DNA of 64,000 bases from Deltaproteobacteria bacterium (GCA_016936575.1 JAFGXQ010000013.1:2835-66834), one strand, 5' to 3'. Numbered from the stretch's first letter, positions 9,298 through 19,869 are shown. A program made the numbers and translations. Notes: generated by a model from the letters alone, not told the origin.

Positions 9298-11199
9298 ATG
9301 GGCAAAACCATTGGTATTGATTTAGGTACAACAAACAGCGTCGTATCGGTGATTGAAGGTAGCGAACCGATTGTGATTGCGAACGAAGAAGGCGCGCGCA
9401 CCACACCTTCGGTGGTGGCATGGAACGATCAGGGCGAAGTGCTGGTCGGTCAGGTGGCCAAGCGACAGAGCGTCACCAACCCGGAAGGAACCGTATACTC
9501 CGTTAAGCGCTTTATGGGTCGCCGGTTCGCCGAGGTGAAAGACGAAGCCGATAGGGTCCCGTACAAAATCGTTGAAGCCAAAAACGGCGACGTCGAGGTT
9601 GAAATTAAAGGCAACCGACACGCGCCGCCCGAGATATCGGCCAAAGTGCTGATGAAGCTGAGAAAAGCGGCAGATGACTATCTGGGAGAACCGGTGGACA
9701 GCGCGGTTATCACGGTTCCGGCGTACTTCAATGATTCACAGCGCCAGGCCACCAAGGACGCCGGTCGTATCGCCGGTCTGGATGTAAAACGCATTGTGAA
9801 CGAACCCACCGCGGCCGCGCTCGCCTACGGCCTTGATAAGAAAAATGAGGAAACGATTGCGGTATATGACTTCGGGGGCGGCACGTTTGATATTTCCATT
9901 CTCGATGTGGGTGACAACGTGGTCGAAGTGGTGGCCACCAACGGCGATACCCTCCTGGGCGGTGACAACATTGACCAGAAGATCATTGAATGGTTGTCCG
10001 CGGAATTCAAGAAAGATCAAGGCATCGATGTGTCGAAAGACAAAATGGTCATTCAGCGTTTGAAAGAAGCCGCGGAAAAAGCCAAAATCGAACTGTCGTC
10101 AGTAATGGAAACTCAAATCAACCTGCCGTTCCTCACAGCCGATGCGTCAGGGCCCAAGCACCTTAACCTCACGCTCAGCCGCGCCAAACTGGAGTCGATG
10201 ATTTCAGACCTGGTGGACCGGTCTTTGGAGTCATGCCGTGCCGCGTTGAAAGATGCGGGCAAAAGCACCGGCGATATTGATCAGGTGGTTCTGGTGGGAG
10301 GTTCCACCCGGGTACCGCTGGTGCAGCAAAAGGTGAAGGAATTTTTCGGCAAGGCACCGCATAAAGGCGTGAACCCCGACGAAGTGGTGGCCATGGGCGC
10401 AGCGGTACAGGCGGGCGTGCTTACCGGGGATGTGAAAGATGTGTTGCTGCTCGACGTTACCCCCCTCTCCCTTGGGGTGGAGACTCTGGGCAATGTGATG
10501 ACGGTGATGATTCCGCGAAACACCACGATTCCGGCGAAAAAAACCGAAGTCTACTCCACCGCTGCCGACAATCAGACATCGGTGGAGGTTCACGTACTTC
10601 AAGGGGAACGTTCCATGGCGGCGGACAACCGCACGCTGGGCAAATTTCATCTGGAGGGCATCATGCCGGCCCAACGAGGTGTGCCGCAAATAGAAGTGAC
10701 GTTCGACATTGATGCCAACGGTATTGTGAATGTGTCCGCGAAAGACACGGCCACCGGGAAAGAGCAGAAAATCACCATTACGTCATCGTCGGGGCTGAGT
10801 GAAAACGAAATCGACCGAATGGTCAAAGATGCCGAGCAGCATAGGGAAGAAGATGAGATGCGACGTAAGGAAATCGAGGCCCGACATCATGCGGAACAGT
10901 TGCTCTATGCCACTGAAAAAACGCTGAACGAGAACCGGGATAAAATTGCGCAGAACGACGCCATGACCATCGACCATGCCATCGGGGATTTGAAATCGGC
11001 CATCGAATCCAATGATATTTCACGGATTGAACGGGAAACGCAGAATCTCACCAATGCCTCCCACAAGCTGGCCGAAGTGATGTATCAGCAGAGCAGCACA
11101 TCAAACAGACCTCACACCGCAGGCCCCGGCGCAGCACCGAACAATTCGCAAAATGGTGACAGCGACGTCATCGACGCCGATTTCAGCGAAGCATCATAA
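9298..11199 (+). CDS. dnaK: molecular chaperone DnaK (Hsp70)
   Basis: ORF 9166..11199. True start [17 protein letters not shown] at 9298, preceded by AAGGAGG RBS. Full-length Hsp70 signatures ([27 protein letters not shown]). Confidence 0.95.
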   Translation: MGKTIGIDLGTTNSVVSVIEGSEPIVIANEEGARTTPSVVAWNDQGEVLVGQVAKRQSVTNPEGTVYSVKRFMGRRFAEVKDEADRVPYKIVEAKNGDVEVEIKGNRHAPPEISAKVLMKLRKAADDYLGEPVDSAVITVPAYFNDSQRQATKDAGRIAGLDVKRIVNEPTAAALAYGLDKKNEETIAVYDFGGGTFDISILDVGDNVVEVVATNGDTLLGGDNIDQKIIEWLSAEFKKDQGIDVSKDKMVIQRLKEAAEKAKIELSSVMETQINLPFLTADASGPKHLNLTLSRAKLESMISDLVDRSLESCRAALKDAGKSTGDIDQVVLVGGSTRVPLVQQKVKEFFGKAPHKGVNPDEVVAMGAAVQAGVLTGDVKDVLLLDVTPLSLGVETLGNVMTVMIPRNTTIPAKKTEVYSTAADNQTSVEVHVLQGERSMAADNRTLGKFHLEGIMPAQRGVPQIEVTFDIDANGIVNVSAKDTATGKEQKITITSSSGLSENEIDRMVKDAEQHREEDEMRRKEIEARHHAEQLLYATEKTLNENRDKIAQNDAMTIDHAIGDLKSAIESNDISRIERETQNLTNASHKLAEVMYQQSSTSNRPHTAGPGAAPNNSQNGDSDVIDADFSEAS

Positions 11200-11603
11200 C
11201 CAGCATCCCAGATTCATTTTTGCGCCATCGCCGTTGCTATCGGGCAATCGTTTTTTACCAATCGATCAGAAGAAAAGTGGGGGTTAAAGTAGAACTCCAG
11301 CCGATGATCGCATTAATGATAGCATTCGGCGTCAGATGAACGCATCGAATTGGCCACATATTTTTCTGTATGGTGTGGAAGCCGAGGAAACAAGTTCCGC
11401 AGACAGGATTTCGCGTTGCTCAAAACCTTTCGGGCGTGCTTGCTGGGTTCTGCAATTCTCAGCCGCCATGGCTTATGACGAAGTCATATCCCTGTCCGCA
11501 AGACTCGTTCTCGCGGCTGTGTGCTTCGATTTTTCTATCTTTTGCAACTTTGCGCCCGCCCTGAAAAGGGGGTAAAAACGGTTACGGGAAGGAAAGACAG
11601 CAC

Positions 11604-12527
11604 ATGAACGAAGATAACATTCTGGGCGCAATTTTCGCTTCGGCTGCTGGGGACGCACTGGGGGCGGCGTACGAAGGGGGAATACTCGAGAAGGCCGCAT
11701 GGAAAGTGTTGGGAACCCGCCACGGAAAGTACCGGTGGACTGACGATACGCAGATGAGCATTGATATAATGGAATCATTAATGTCATGCCGCGCTGTCAG
11801 CCAGGATGACATAGCCCGCCGATTTGCGGCTTCGTACGATGCGACGCTCGGATATGGCCCCGGAGCGGCCCGGATATTAAAAAAGATACAGTCCGGAACC
11901 CATTGGTCGGAGGCAACCCGACTTGTGTATCCAGACGGGTCTTTCGGAAACGGAGCGGCGATGCGCGTTGCGCCGATCGGACTGTATTTCCATGATGAAG
12001 ACCCCGTGGTCATTGCACGCGCGGCAGCGAAGACTGCAGAAATCACCCACGTGCACCCCCTGGGAATTGAGGGGGCGGCACTGATGGCGGTGGCAGTGGC
12101 GGCTGCGTTTCGGGGAGCGTCTTCCCTGGAGATAGTCGATGGTCTTCTATTGCACCTGTCGCAGAAAGAATTGAAAGCGCGCGTAAAAGTGATGGCCGCA
12201 TGGTTGCACCGAGACACCCCGCAGCAAACGCAGCAGGTGCAGCAAGCACTCGGAAACGGTGTGGCAGCACATATGTCAGCTGTTACCGCTGTGTATTGTG
12301 CGCTCGCGCATCGACATCTTTCTTTCACGGAACTGCTTCTGTATATCCGTAACTTGGGAGGCGACGTTGATACGATCGGTGCAATGGCTGGGGCAGTATG
12401 GGGCGCCGCGGCAGGAAAAGGTTCTGTTCCAGATGAAATAACGGGCAGCATTGACAATTTCGCGCACCTCGCCGATGTGGCGCAGCGGTTTGCATCGATG
12501 ATTTGCAGCAAAAAAATAACTCAGTAA
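11604..12527 (+). CDS. ADP-ribosylglycohydrolase family protein (DraG-like)
   Basis: 307 aa. N-terminal GAIFASAAGDALGAAYEG and later GGDVDTIGAMAGAVWGAA motifs typical of the ADP-ribosylglycohydrolase fold. The overlapping antisense 309 aa ORF is rejected. Confidence 0.8.
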   Translation: MNEDNILGAIFASAAGDALGAAYEGGILEKAAWKVLGTRHGKYRWTDDTQMSIDIMESLMSCRAVSQDDIARRFAASYDATLGYGPGAARILKKIQSGTHWSEATRLVYPDGSFGNGAAMRVAPIGLYFHDEDPVVIARAAAKTAEITHVHPLGIEGAALMAVAVAAAFRGASSLEIVDGLLLHLSQKELKARVKVMAAWLHRDTPQQTQQVQQALGNGVAAHMSAVTAVYCALAHRHLSFTELLLYIRNLGGDVDTIGAMAGAVWGAAAGKGSVPDEITGSIDNFAHLADVAQRFASMICSKKITQ

Positions 12528-12734
12528 AGACAAGCGCACTATCACCGGCTCGATTCCTGGAAGCCCGGTGACAGCGCGTTCACCATCAAGTGCCATATTG
12601 ATAAAAAAACGGGCGGGAAAATGATTACAGTGCACCGCTCAACACTTTTGCGTACACCGAATTGTATTGATTTGTTCAGTTCTGATACCGGCATCTACCC
12701 GTCCGGCTATCGTAAAAAAATGTGGAGCGTGCGG

Positions 12735-13262
12735 TTATCTCACGATGTACCCGGAAAAAATCTGAACGAATCCGTCATAATCGGTTCCGTTACCATCGGC
12801 GCGGACCAGTATCTGATATCCGCAGTCGACCGCAGTGGTGGCATATTCCAACGCCGTGGCGCCCGTAATCGGTGACTTGTCTTCAAAATCGGCGGGGTTC
12901 ACACGATACCACTGATATGTGAGCACATCCTCTAGGACCATGCGTTGAGCGTAACTGGTTACCGTAAACGCTGCACGCAACCCGTAGCCCGCATTGGGCG
13001 CAATGACTCCGGTAATCCCCATGGATTCATCTAATGACCAACTGCTGACATAGCTGCTGGTTGTGCATCGGAGAGCCCAATCTTCGTTGGAGGTATATCC
13101 GTCATATGGCCCGCCTTCAACCAGCAGACGGCAAGGCGCATTATCCACACAATATCCATTCATTCCATTCGCCGGAACACTTGTCGGAGTATTCAACACA
13201 GACTTCGTTGTTGTCGATGTCGCATTGGAGTGCATCCCGAAACACTGAACCGCAATCTTCAT
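12735..13262 (-). CDS. hypothetical protein (possibly 3' part of a frameshifted lipoprotein gene)
   Basis: 175 aa ORF without signal peptide. Overlaps by about 120 nt, in a different frame, the lipoprotein ORF immediately upstream on the same strand. Confidence 0.3.
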   Translation of the reverse strand: MKIAVQCFGMHSNATSTTTKSVLNTPTSVPANGMNGYCVDNAPCRLLVEGGPYDGYTSNEDWALRCTTSSYVSSWSLDESMGITGVIAPNAGYGLRAAFTVTSYAQRMVLEDVLTYQWYRVNPADFEDKSPITGATALEYATTAVDCGYQILVRADGNGTDYDGFVQIFSGYIVR

Positions 13263-13449
13263 CGTTCATTTGGGTGCGGCAATAGGTCAGATAATTCTCC
13301 TGTGTGGAACCGGTGCAATCACCTTCCACCATGATTGCGTGGTAGTCGATGCAGAAAGCATCTACGTTGTCTTCGTTTTCGGAATCACACCCCGCGAATG
13401 TCAACACGGTTGCACAACAAACTGAAAAAAGTCGTATGAATAAATGCAT
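13141..13449 (-). CDS. hypothetical Cys-rich lipoprotein
   Basis: ORF 13141..13527. Probable start MHLFIRLFSVCCATVLTFAGC (lipobox FAGC). Acidic, Cys-rich mature part. Confidence 0.4.
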   Translation of the reverse strand: MHLFIRLFSVCCATVLTFAGCDSENEDNVDAFCIDYHAIMVEGDCTGSTQENYLTYCRTQMNDEDCGSVFRDALQCDIDNNEVCVEYSDKCSGEWNEWILCG

Positions 13450-14023
13450 CGTTCTTCCTTTTTTATGAGAAACCTTTTCAAGACTGAATGTTGCATCGAG
13501 CATGTAAAATAATGCGCAAACAAGCAACGAGAAAACAGACAGCCGGAGATTTTACAAAGTCCGGCTATTTATCTTAAAGAGTCATTTTTATGGTCCGCCT
13601 TCCTGCGCAATGAGACGCCCGGAGAGGATTCGCAGCTTGGATTGCGCATCTGACACAAAAAGCGAAGAATGGGGGCCATCCATGTTTTTGGGAACCACCG
13701 CCGATGCGGCGGACTTTCAAGAGTTCGGCGACATGCTCCCCTCACTCGGACTCACCGCCCGGCAACCTATCTTCTTATTATTATAAATCCTCACTAAAAG
13801 GATACCCCGACCGGATTCATGGCCTCCGGCGCAAACAAATACAAAAAATACACTAATCGCATATTAATTCTTTTATAAGTAGCATTATATTTCTTCAATT
13901 TCGCCAATCAAATATATAAACACTTGAATTTACTTGCAAACATGTCTAGAGGAATCGTTCGCGAATACTTGGCACATGCATTGCGATTCTCCCATTTGAA
14001 ACATTTTTCAAGGAGCATCTGCA

Positions 14024-16501
14024 ATGAAAAACAACTATTATGAAATCAAATTGGCGCTCTTTCTGGTTTTCTTTTTCGCATCCATGTACGCCTACGGCAG
14101 TGACGACGTCAGCCCCGGTCTGCATATCGATGCCGGTGGAGAAGCCATTCCGCTGCCCCTGAAAAGCACTACTGTTCGGGGAAATATCAAAGGATTTGTC
14201 GCGGACATCAAAGTGGTGCAGGAATTCGTCAATCCGTACGACAAGCATATTCAAGCCACATACGTGTTTCCACTGAGTGCTTCCGCCGCTGTGTACCACA
14301 TGGAAATGAAATTCAAAAGCACAGTGGTAAAAGCGGTCATCAAGAAAAAAGAAGAGGCGCAACAAATATATGACGAGGCGGTCCAGGCAGGGAAAACCGC
14401 AGCGCTCCTGGAACAAAACCGGCCCAATATTTTCACCCAAAAGGTAGGAAATATTCCCCCCGGCGAAAAAGTGACCGTAACCCTCACTTATCTGGAACTG
14501 CTTCCGTACGAACAGGGTGTATCGTCGTTTGTTTTTCCAACGGTTGTGGGGCCCAGATACATCCCACAGGGCGCCCCCACCGGCCTTCCCGATAAAAACC
14601 CTCAGGGCCGCGTCGCAGACAACGCACGTGTTCCGGATGCCAGCGCCATCACGCCGCCGTCATTCGCGGAGGGAGAAACCGGTGCCCATCGCATTGACCT
14701 GCGCATCACCGTGTACCCCAAAGTGGCCATACAGACGTTGACCTCTCCCTCGCACCAGATTTCGGTCTCCAGGCAAAGTAAAGAAAAGGCGGTTGTTACC
14801 ATTAAAAAAACCGATACGGTTCCCAATAAGGATTTCGTCCTAAAAATCGACGTGAGAGATAACGCGCCTGCGGTTGCCGTACTTACTCACAAAGAAAAAG
14901 AGGATGACGGCTACGTAACTCTGGCGATTCAGCCGCCGGCCCACGTGGCACCCAAAGATGCCACCCCCAAAGATCTGTTTTTTGTGGTGGATAACTCCGG
15001 TTCCATGAGCGGTGCACCGCTGAATGCGTGTAAAGATTTGATTAAAGAAGCACTCACTCATCTCAACCCCGGTGACCGCTTCACCGTGATGCGGTTTTCC
15101 GACAGCGTTTCGACCTTGTCGTCCGCACCGCTGGCCAACACCAAAGCAAACGTACAACGGGCAGTGCAGTATGTGAATGATATGCACGGAATGGGCGGAA
15201 CCGAAATGCTGTCGGGAATCAGGCGCGCACTCGAAGGCAAACCGGAAAACGGCCGTGTGCGGATCGTTTTCTTTTTAACTGACGGCTACATCGGTAATGA
15301 CAACGAAATTCTGGCGGCAGTGAAAGATGAAAACCACGCGAACGCCCGGTTGTTTTCTTTGGGTGTAGGTTCCTCGGTAAACCGATACCTGCTTTCGGGC
15401 ATGGCGCGTCTCGGCCGGGGAAAAGTACAATTTGTGCGCTACGATGAAGACCCCAAACCGGTGGTTGAAAACTTTTATCGAATGGTAAGAAACCCGGTGC
15501 TGACCGACATTTCTTTAAAGTGGAACGGCGTATCCGCAACGAATCAGGTGCCCCAGGTGATTCCGGATCTGTTTGACGGTGAACCATTGGTTGTACATTC
15601 CCGGTACACCGAAGGCGGCGACGGCGAGCTCGAGATTTCGGGGTTTTTGGGCAATAAATACTGGCGGAAAAAAATCGCAGTACATCTTCCGAACACCAAT
15701 CAGAACCCGGACATTGCCAAGTTGTGGGCACGCGCAAAGATCAGCATGTGGTCCGATATTGAAACCGGCAGACCCGGAGCGCATCGGGAAGATATTGAAA
15801 CGTTGGCCATCGAACACAATCTGATGAGCCAGTATACCTCTTTTGTCGCCGTGGCTGAAACCATCTCCCGTCAGGAAGGGGAGCCGTTGATTCCGGTGAC
15901 CCAGCGAATTCCACTTCCTGACAGCGTGTCGCAACACGCGCTGGGTACACTTTCGCGGTATGAAATTCCCCCGGGTGACCCGTTTATCGCGGTAAAGGCG
16001 CCGAGCGATGTAAAAAAAGTCACTGCGGTATTTCCCTTCGGATTGGTCAAAGATCTTCGTTACGATGCGTCGCGAGACCGATGGCGCGGCAGATTTCTGG
16101 TTCCCACCGGCATACCGGACGGCCACTATGCCATCGTCATTGCAATTACCCACAAAGACGGAACCGTCGAACTGAATACCGAAATGTTTCATCTCGATAG
16201 TGAAGCCGCGGAGTTTATTACCAACTTTGACAACAAAAAAATCCAGTCCGGAAAAGGATTGCTGCTCAAAGTTGATACAATCGAGCCGGCTGCAGAAGTA
16301 TACATTCATTGTGAGGCGCTGGGACTGAACCGGGTTCAGTTCCTGCAGGAGACAGACGATGGCATTCGATGGGAGAAGTGGATTTCATTCGACAAAACAA
16401 TCGCGCCGGGCGCCTATTCAGCGCTGGTGGTAATGAGAGACACGGCGGGAAATCGCATTGAACAAACCGTAACCATCCATATCGTCGGAGCGAAGAAATG
16501 A
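14024..16501 (+). CDS. VIT (vault inter-alpha-trypsin) domain plus von Willebrand factor A domain protein
   Basis: 825 aa. Signal peptide. N-terminal VIT-like domain. vWA MIDAS motif DNSGSMSG with downstream FFLTDGYIGNDNE. Long C-terminal extension. Confidence 0.8.
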   Translation: MKNNYYEIKLALFLVFFFASMYAYGSDDVSPGLHIDAGGEAIPLPLKSTTVRGNIKGFVADIKVVQEFVNPYDKHIQATYVFPLSASAAVYHMEMKFKSTVVKAVIKKKEEAQQIYDEAVQAGKTAALLEQNRPNIFTQKVGNIPPGEKVTVTLTYLELLPYEQGVSSFVFPTVVGPRYIPQGAPTGLPDKNPQGRVADNARVPDASAITPPSFAEGETGAHRIDLRITVYPKVAIQTLTSPSHQISVSRQSKEKAVVTIKKTDTVPNKDFVLKIDVRDNAPAVAVLTHKEKEDDGYVTLAIQPPAHVAPKDATPKDLFFVVDNSGSMSGAPLNACKDLIKEALTHLNPGDRFTVMRFSDSVSTLSSAPLANTKANVQRAVQYVNDMHGMGGTEMLSGIRRALEGKPENGRVRIVFFLTDGYIGNDNEILAAVKDENHANARLFSLGVGSSVNRYLLSGMARLGRGKVQFVRYDEDPKPVVENFYRMVRNPVLTDISLKWNGVSATNQVPQVIPDLFDGEPLVVHSRYTEGGDGELEISGFLGNKYWRKKIAVHLPNTNQNPDIAKLWARAKISMWSDIETGRPGAHREDIETLAIEHNLMSQYTSFVAVAETISRQEGEPLIPVTQRIPLPDSVSQHALGTLSRYEIPPGDPFIAVKAPSDVKKVTAVFPFGLVKDLRYDASRDRWRGRFLVPTGIPDGHYAIVIAITHKDGTVELNTEMFHLDSEAAEFITNFDNKKIQSGKGLLLKVDTIEPAAEVYIHCEALGLNRVQFLQETDDGIRWEKWISFDKTIAPGAYSALVVMRDTAGNRIEQTVTIHIVGAKK

Positions 16502-18342
16502 AAAATCTTCATCGAAAAGTGGGTCTGATGCTGATTTCATTTATTCTGGGGGGAATACTGGGGTTGACTTCGGTTCATGCGGCAACGTCGGTGGTCTTAA
16601 CCCCCACTGAGGAATATACCAACACCGGTAATGTGCACGATATTCTGATTACCGAAGATAGCATTTGGGCAGCCACCGACGGCGGGCTGGTGGCATATGA
16701 TAAAACGCGTCTGCGCGAAACGCATCGATTGACCAGCAAGGACGGGTTGTTCGGGAATGCACTGCGATCGCTGCATGCAAAATCGAACACAGCTATCACC
16801 GTTGGCGGCGATTTCGGAAGCGCGAATATAACATTCAAAGCGGACGGCAAGGCTACGGTGTCTGATGTGGAGCGCCACCACCTGACAACGTTTGACCCGA
16901 TTGTCGATTTTCTCACCATTGAAGAGCAAGTATACGCACTCCATTTTCAGACCGGACTTGTCGCAATGAGTGGAAAGCGAATGGAATTACCGGTCGCACA
17001 CCGCCTGTTCTGGAACACCGGCGCTGTCAATGGCGGGTTAGTGGCGCTGGGTGCGGCCGACGGCACGGTTGTTGTGTACGATGTGTCCCGAAAAATGGTT
17101 GCGTATACACTGCAGTTTGTTTCGCCGACAATCAAACTGGTGCCATACAAAAATGGATTTATTGTCGCGACACAGACAGAACTGTACACGGTTCAAAACG
17201 GCATTGCGCATCCGCTGCGGCTTTCTGCCGGCAACCAGTCAGTAGCGATTCTAGCGACGGGACTGGCAAACGTGTCTGCCGACCATGTGCTGTTAGGTAC
17301 GGCAGACGGAATGCTGCTGAGGTTGAAAGACGGTACGGTACAGCGGGAAGCCCAATTTGCGGGAGAACGAGTAACGACAATTGAACCGGAAGGCAACCAG
17401 ATATGGTTAGGCATCAGTCAGAAAGGGCTGGTCAGATATTCCTTGTTCGATAATACAACCGTATATCTGCGAAACGAATCTGAGATTTGTTCTAATCATG
17501 TCACCCAGAGTCTGTATCATGGTGACACGCTGGTGATTCGCACATTTGACAGCGGTGTATGCTACTTGTCGAAGCAGGGCTGGAAACAGCTGCAGGCCGG
17601 AAAATCGCAGTACGTGCATGGTTTGGCGAGCGACGGCAAAACGCTGGTGGTCACCGATTCAGACGGTATCACATTATATGACGAGCAGCTTCAGCCCGTT
17701 GAAGAATCCCGATACATTGTGGGCCCCATGCACTGGTTGTCGCGTTCCGCCGCACTGAGTGCGGTCAGTCCGAAAAGAGGCCTCTTTTTTATTGCCAGTC
17801 CGTTCGGCATTGCCAAGTTGCAGCGCATGAATGATCGGTTTAAAACCACCTTCTGGAAGAAGAAGCGGGGAATTCCCGGAGACATCACATCGCTGGCTGC
17901 GGACGATTCGTTTTTGTATATCGGAACAGAATCCCGCGGCGTACGGGTCTTTTCGCACAAAGGAAAATTCATAACCGATTACCTCGACCCGACTCATCTC
18001 CCCGAAGCGTGGACCATGACGCTCAGCACGTCCGAAAAGGGTCTGTTTGTAGGTACCTGTCAGGAAGGGGTGGCAGAGATAGACAACAATCAAAAAGTAA
18101 CGTTTTACAACGCCCATACCGGTCTGGCGGACAATCGTATCATCGCAGTGGCAACATTTTATTCCGGTACTTTTGTAGGTGGACTCCACGGCCTCTCGTA
18201 TATCGACGGCGCCGGCAACAGTGTCCACTTCGAACATATGGCAGCGCCCGACCCCAGAAGCGCTTCGATATATGTGCACAACCAAACCATGTGGTACGGC
18301 ACAGAATCGGGACTGATTTCATATCGTGTATCCAATAACTGA
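16498..18342 (+). CDS. secreted beta-propeller protein (two-component-regulator propeller, Reg_prop-like repeats)
   Basis: 614 aa. Signal peptide. Repeated W..T..GL / LW.GT..GL units. Start overlaps upstream stop (ATGA). Confidence 0.65.
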   Translation: MKNLHRKVGLMLISFILGGILGLTSVHAATSVVLTPTEEYTNTGNVHDILITEDSIWAATDGGLVAYDKTRLRETHRLTSKDGLFGNALRSLHAKSNTAITVGGDFGSANITFKADGKATVSDVERHHLTTFDPIVDFLTIEEQVYALHFQTGLVAMSGKRMELPVAHRLFWNTGAVNGGLVALGAADGTVVVYDVSRKMVAYTLQFVSPTIKLVPYKNGFIVATQTELYTVQNGIAHPLRLSAGNQSVAILATGLANVSADHVLLGTADGMLLRLKDGTVQREAQFAGERVTTIEPEGNQIWLGISQKGLVRYSLFDNTTVYLRNESEICSNHVTQSLYHGDTLVIRTFDSGVCYLSKQGWKQLQAGKSQYVHGLASDGKTLVVTDSDGITLYDEQLQPVEESRYIVGPMHWLSRSAALSAVSPKRGLFFIASPFGIAKLQRMNDRFKTTFWKKKRGIPGDITSLAADDSFLYIGTESRGVRVFSHKGKFITDYLDPTHLPEAWTMTLSTSEKGLFVGTCQEGVAEIDNNQKVTFYNAHTGLADNRIIAVATFYSGTFVGGLHGLSYIDGAGNSVHFEHMAAPDPRSASIYVHNQTMWYGTESGLISYRVSNN

Positions 18343-18354
18343 GACATATAGTAG

Positions 18355-18374
18355 GGGCGGTTCGCAAACCGCCC
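18355..18374. terminator. perfect 8-bp stem hairpin GGGCGGTT-CGCA-AACCGCCC between convergent genes
   Basis: Seen directly. Located between the propeller gene stop (18342) and the ccdA stop (18375-18377). Candidate bidirectional terminator. Related copy at 19581..19608. Confidence 0.45.
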
Positions 18375-19061
18375 TTATATCACGATATACATCCAACAAT
18401 AATACATCCCGACGCCGATAAACACCAATGCGGTGACGCGACGCATCCAGGGTTCCCATTTTGCAACCGCGTTGAATGCACCTGCCAGCCGGTTCGCGGC
18501 AAACGCGATGAGCGTTGAAAACGCCACCACCGGCAAAGCGGTGCCAACCCCATATAATACCGGCATCAGCACACTCGATTCATGGGCTACCGCCAGCGGC
18601 AGCAGACTGCCGAAAAACAGCGCCGCCGATACCGGGCAGAAGGTGAGTGCAAACACCGCGCCCAAAAGAAACGCCCCCCAGATGCCCAACGCCTCAACCT
18701 TCTGCTGCAATTTTCCGGTCCACCTTCCACGCCCTATCCATGGCCAGGGAATCACATCCAGCAAGAGCATGCCTGCAATTATCAGAACCGGTCCCAACAC
18801 CTGATTCATCCGACTCTGCAAAAACAGGGAAACCTCAGGCACCGAAATCAAACTTTTAATTGCAATGAACGCAACCGCAAAGTAGCTTGCCATACGTCCC
18901 ACAGTGTAGAGTGCACCGGCCAGCAGCACCTGCAACGGACGCTCGACCCGCTTGCCGATAAAGGACACCGCCGCGATATTGGTCGCCAACGGACACGGAC
19001 TGATTGAGGTAAGAATTCCCAACCAGAGCGCACTACCGACCGCAACCACCATCGATTCCAT
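18375..19061 (-). CDS. ccdA: cytochrome c biogenesis/disulfide-transfer membrane protein CcdA (DsbD transmembrane-domain family)
   Basis: 228 aa. Six predicted TM helices. Conserved SPCPL and TFCP(V) cysteine motifs of the CcdA/DsbD-beta family. Start overlaps upstream stop (TAATG). Confidence 0.75.
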   Translation of the reverse strand: MESMVVAVGSALWLGILTSISPCPLATNIAAVSFIGKRVERPLQVLLAGALYTVGRMASYFAVAFIAIKSLISVPEVSLFLQSRMNQVLGPVLIIAGMLLLDVIPWPWIGRGRWTGKLQQKVEALGIWGAFLLGAVFALTFCPVSAALFFGSLLPLAVAHESSVLMPVLYGVGTALPVVAFSTLIAFAANRLAGAFNAVAKWEPWMRRVTALVFIGVGMYYCWMYIVI

Positions 19062-19543
19062 TACAGTGCTGTCCCCAATTTGTCTAAGTAGGCTCGAACA
19101 TTTTCGGCAATATATGCAGAGAGCTTCTCCTCAGAGTGGGCGTATTCCCATACTTTGTTGGCATTTTCGAACATCAGCACATCGTTGCCTTTCTGAGCAG
19201 CGACGACCATGGTGCCGAAAGACAACTGGAACTGTTTCACATAGGCTTTATTCGCTTCTTCTTCCATATTCAGTTCGTGAAACACGAGCATCCCCGCTTC
19301 CATATCCTTGGCAAACGCTTTCTCCACCACCGTCTCGATGGCGGACTGAATACCCATGCAGGTAGCGCACCTTTTGGTATTATGAAAATAATATACATGA
19401 ACCGAGTCGGGTACAGCAGCCACATCCTTCTGCGTCTTCGTGCCGGAAGAAACGTCTTCAGCGTTTGCATTTGACGCCGAATTTCCGCAGGACAACAACA
19501 ACCACACAGCGATACTTGAAACAAACCACAGATGAATTTTCAC
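19061..19543 (-). CDS. thioredoxin-like CxxC lipoprotein (probable redox partner of CcdA)
   Basis: ORF 19061..19618. Probable GTG start at 19541-19543 giving VKIHLWFVSSIAVWLLLSCG (lipobox LLSC). CATC motif in HNTKRCATCMG. Confidence 0.5.
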   Translation of the reverse strand: MKIHLWFVSSIAVWLLLSCGNSASNANAEDVSSGTKTQKDVAAVPDSVHVYYFHNTKRCATCMGIQSAIETVVEKAFAKDMEAGMLVFHELNMEEEANKAYVKQFQLSFGTMVVAAQKGNDVLMFENANKVWEYAHSEEKLSAYIAENVRAYLDKLGTAL

Positions 19544-19580
19544 TTTTCTGCCTTTCTTGTTCAACAGGGCGACTCGAGAT

Positions 19581-19608
19581 ATAGGGTCGCTTCGCGAATC
19601 GCCCCTAC
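19581..19608. repeat. 28-bp imperfect palindromic element (second copy of the 18351..18378 element)
   Basis: ATAGGGTCGCTTCGCGAATCGCCCCTAC. Its reverse complement matches GTAGGGGCGGTTCGCAAACCGCCCTTAT (18351..18378) at 23/28 positions. Lies between the trx2 gene and the Trx-lipoprotein gene. Confidence 0.35.
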
Positions 19609-19632
19609 AAGTTCTCAACCCCTACCCAATCA

Positions 19633-19869
19633 TCAGCTCGCGCTGGTAATCCATGAAACAATTTCACCGGTCGCGGGTATTTTGCCGCAGCTTTTTACTT
19701 CTTCGTTCACCACCAGCGCGGGCGTCATCATCACACCATACGCCAAAATCTCGTCAATCTGATCCACTTTGGTCAGTTGAACTTCTTTTCCCGACTCCAG
19801 AATCGCTTTCTCTGCCTGCGCATACAGCTGGTTGCATTTAGCACATCCGGTTCCAAGCACTTTCACCAT
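19633..19869 (-). CDS. small thioredoxin-fold protein (redox-active disulfide protein 2-like)
   Basis: ORF 19633..19893. Probable start MVKVLGTGCAKCNQ (about 79 aa). CxxC near N-terminus and a second C-terminal Cys, as in the small Trx-like proteins that accompany COG0701 permeases. Confidence 0.65.
   Translation of the reverse strand: MVKVLGTGCAKCNQLYAQAEKAILESGKEVQLTKVDQIDEILAYGVMMTPALVVNEEVKSCGKIPATGEIVSWITSAS

Noticed and set aside
11582-12511. 309 aa antisense ORF opposite the ADP-ribosylglycohydrolase gene
   Set aside because: Ala/Cys/Arg-rich translation typical of the antisense strand of a GC-rich gene. The + strand ORF has clear family motifs.
13682-13783. 33-codon ORF with G-rich RBS-like sequence in the 500-bp intergenic region upstream of the VIT-vWA gene
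   Set aside because: Too short, with no supporting conservation evidence.
15515-16309. 264 aa minus-strand ORF inside the VIT-vWA gene, and 17674..18285 (-) inside the propeller gene
   Set aside because: Antisense to well-supported genes.
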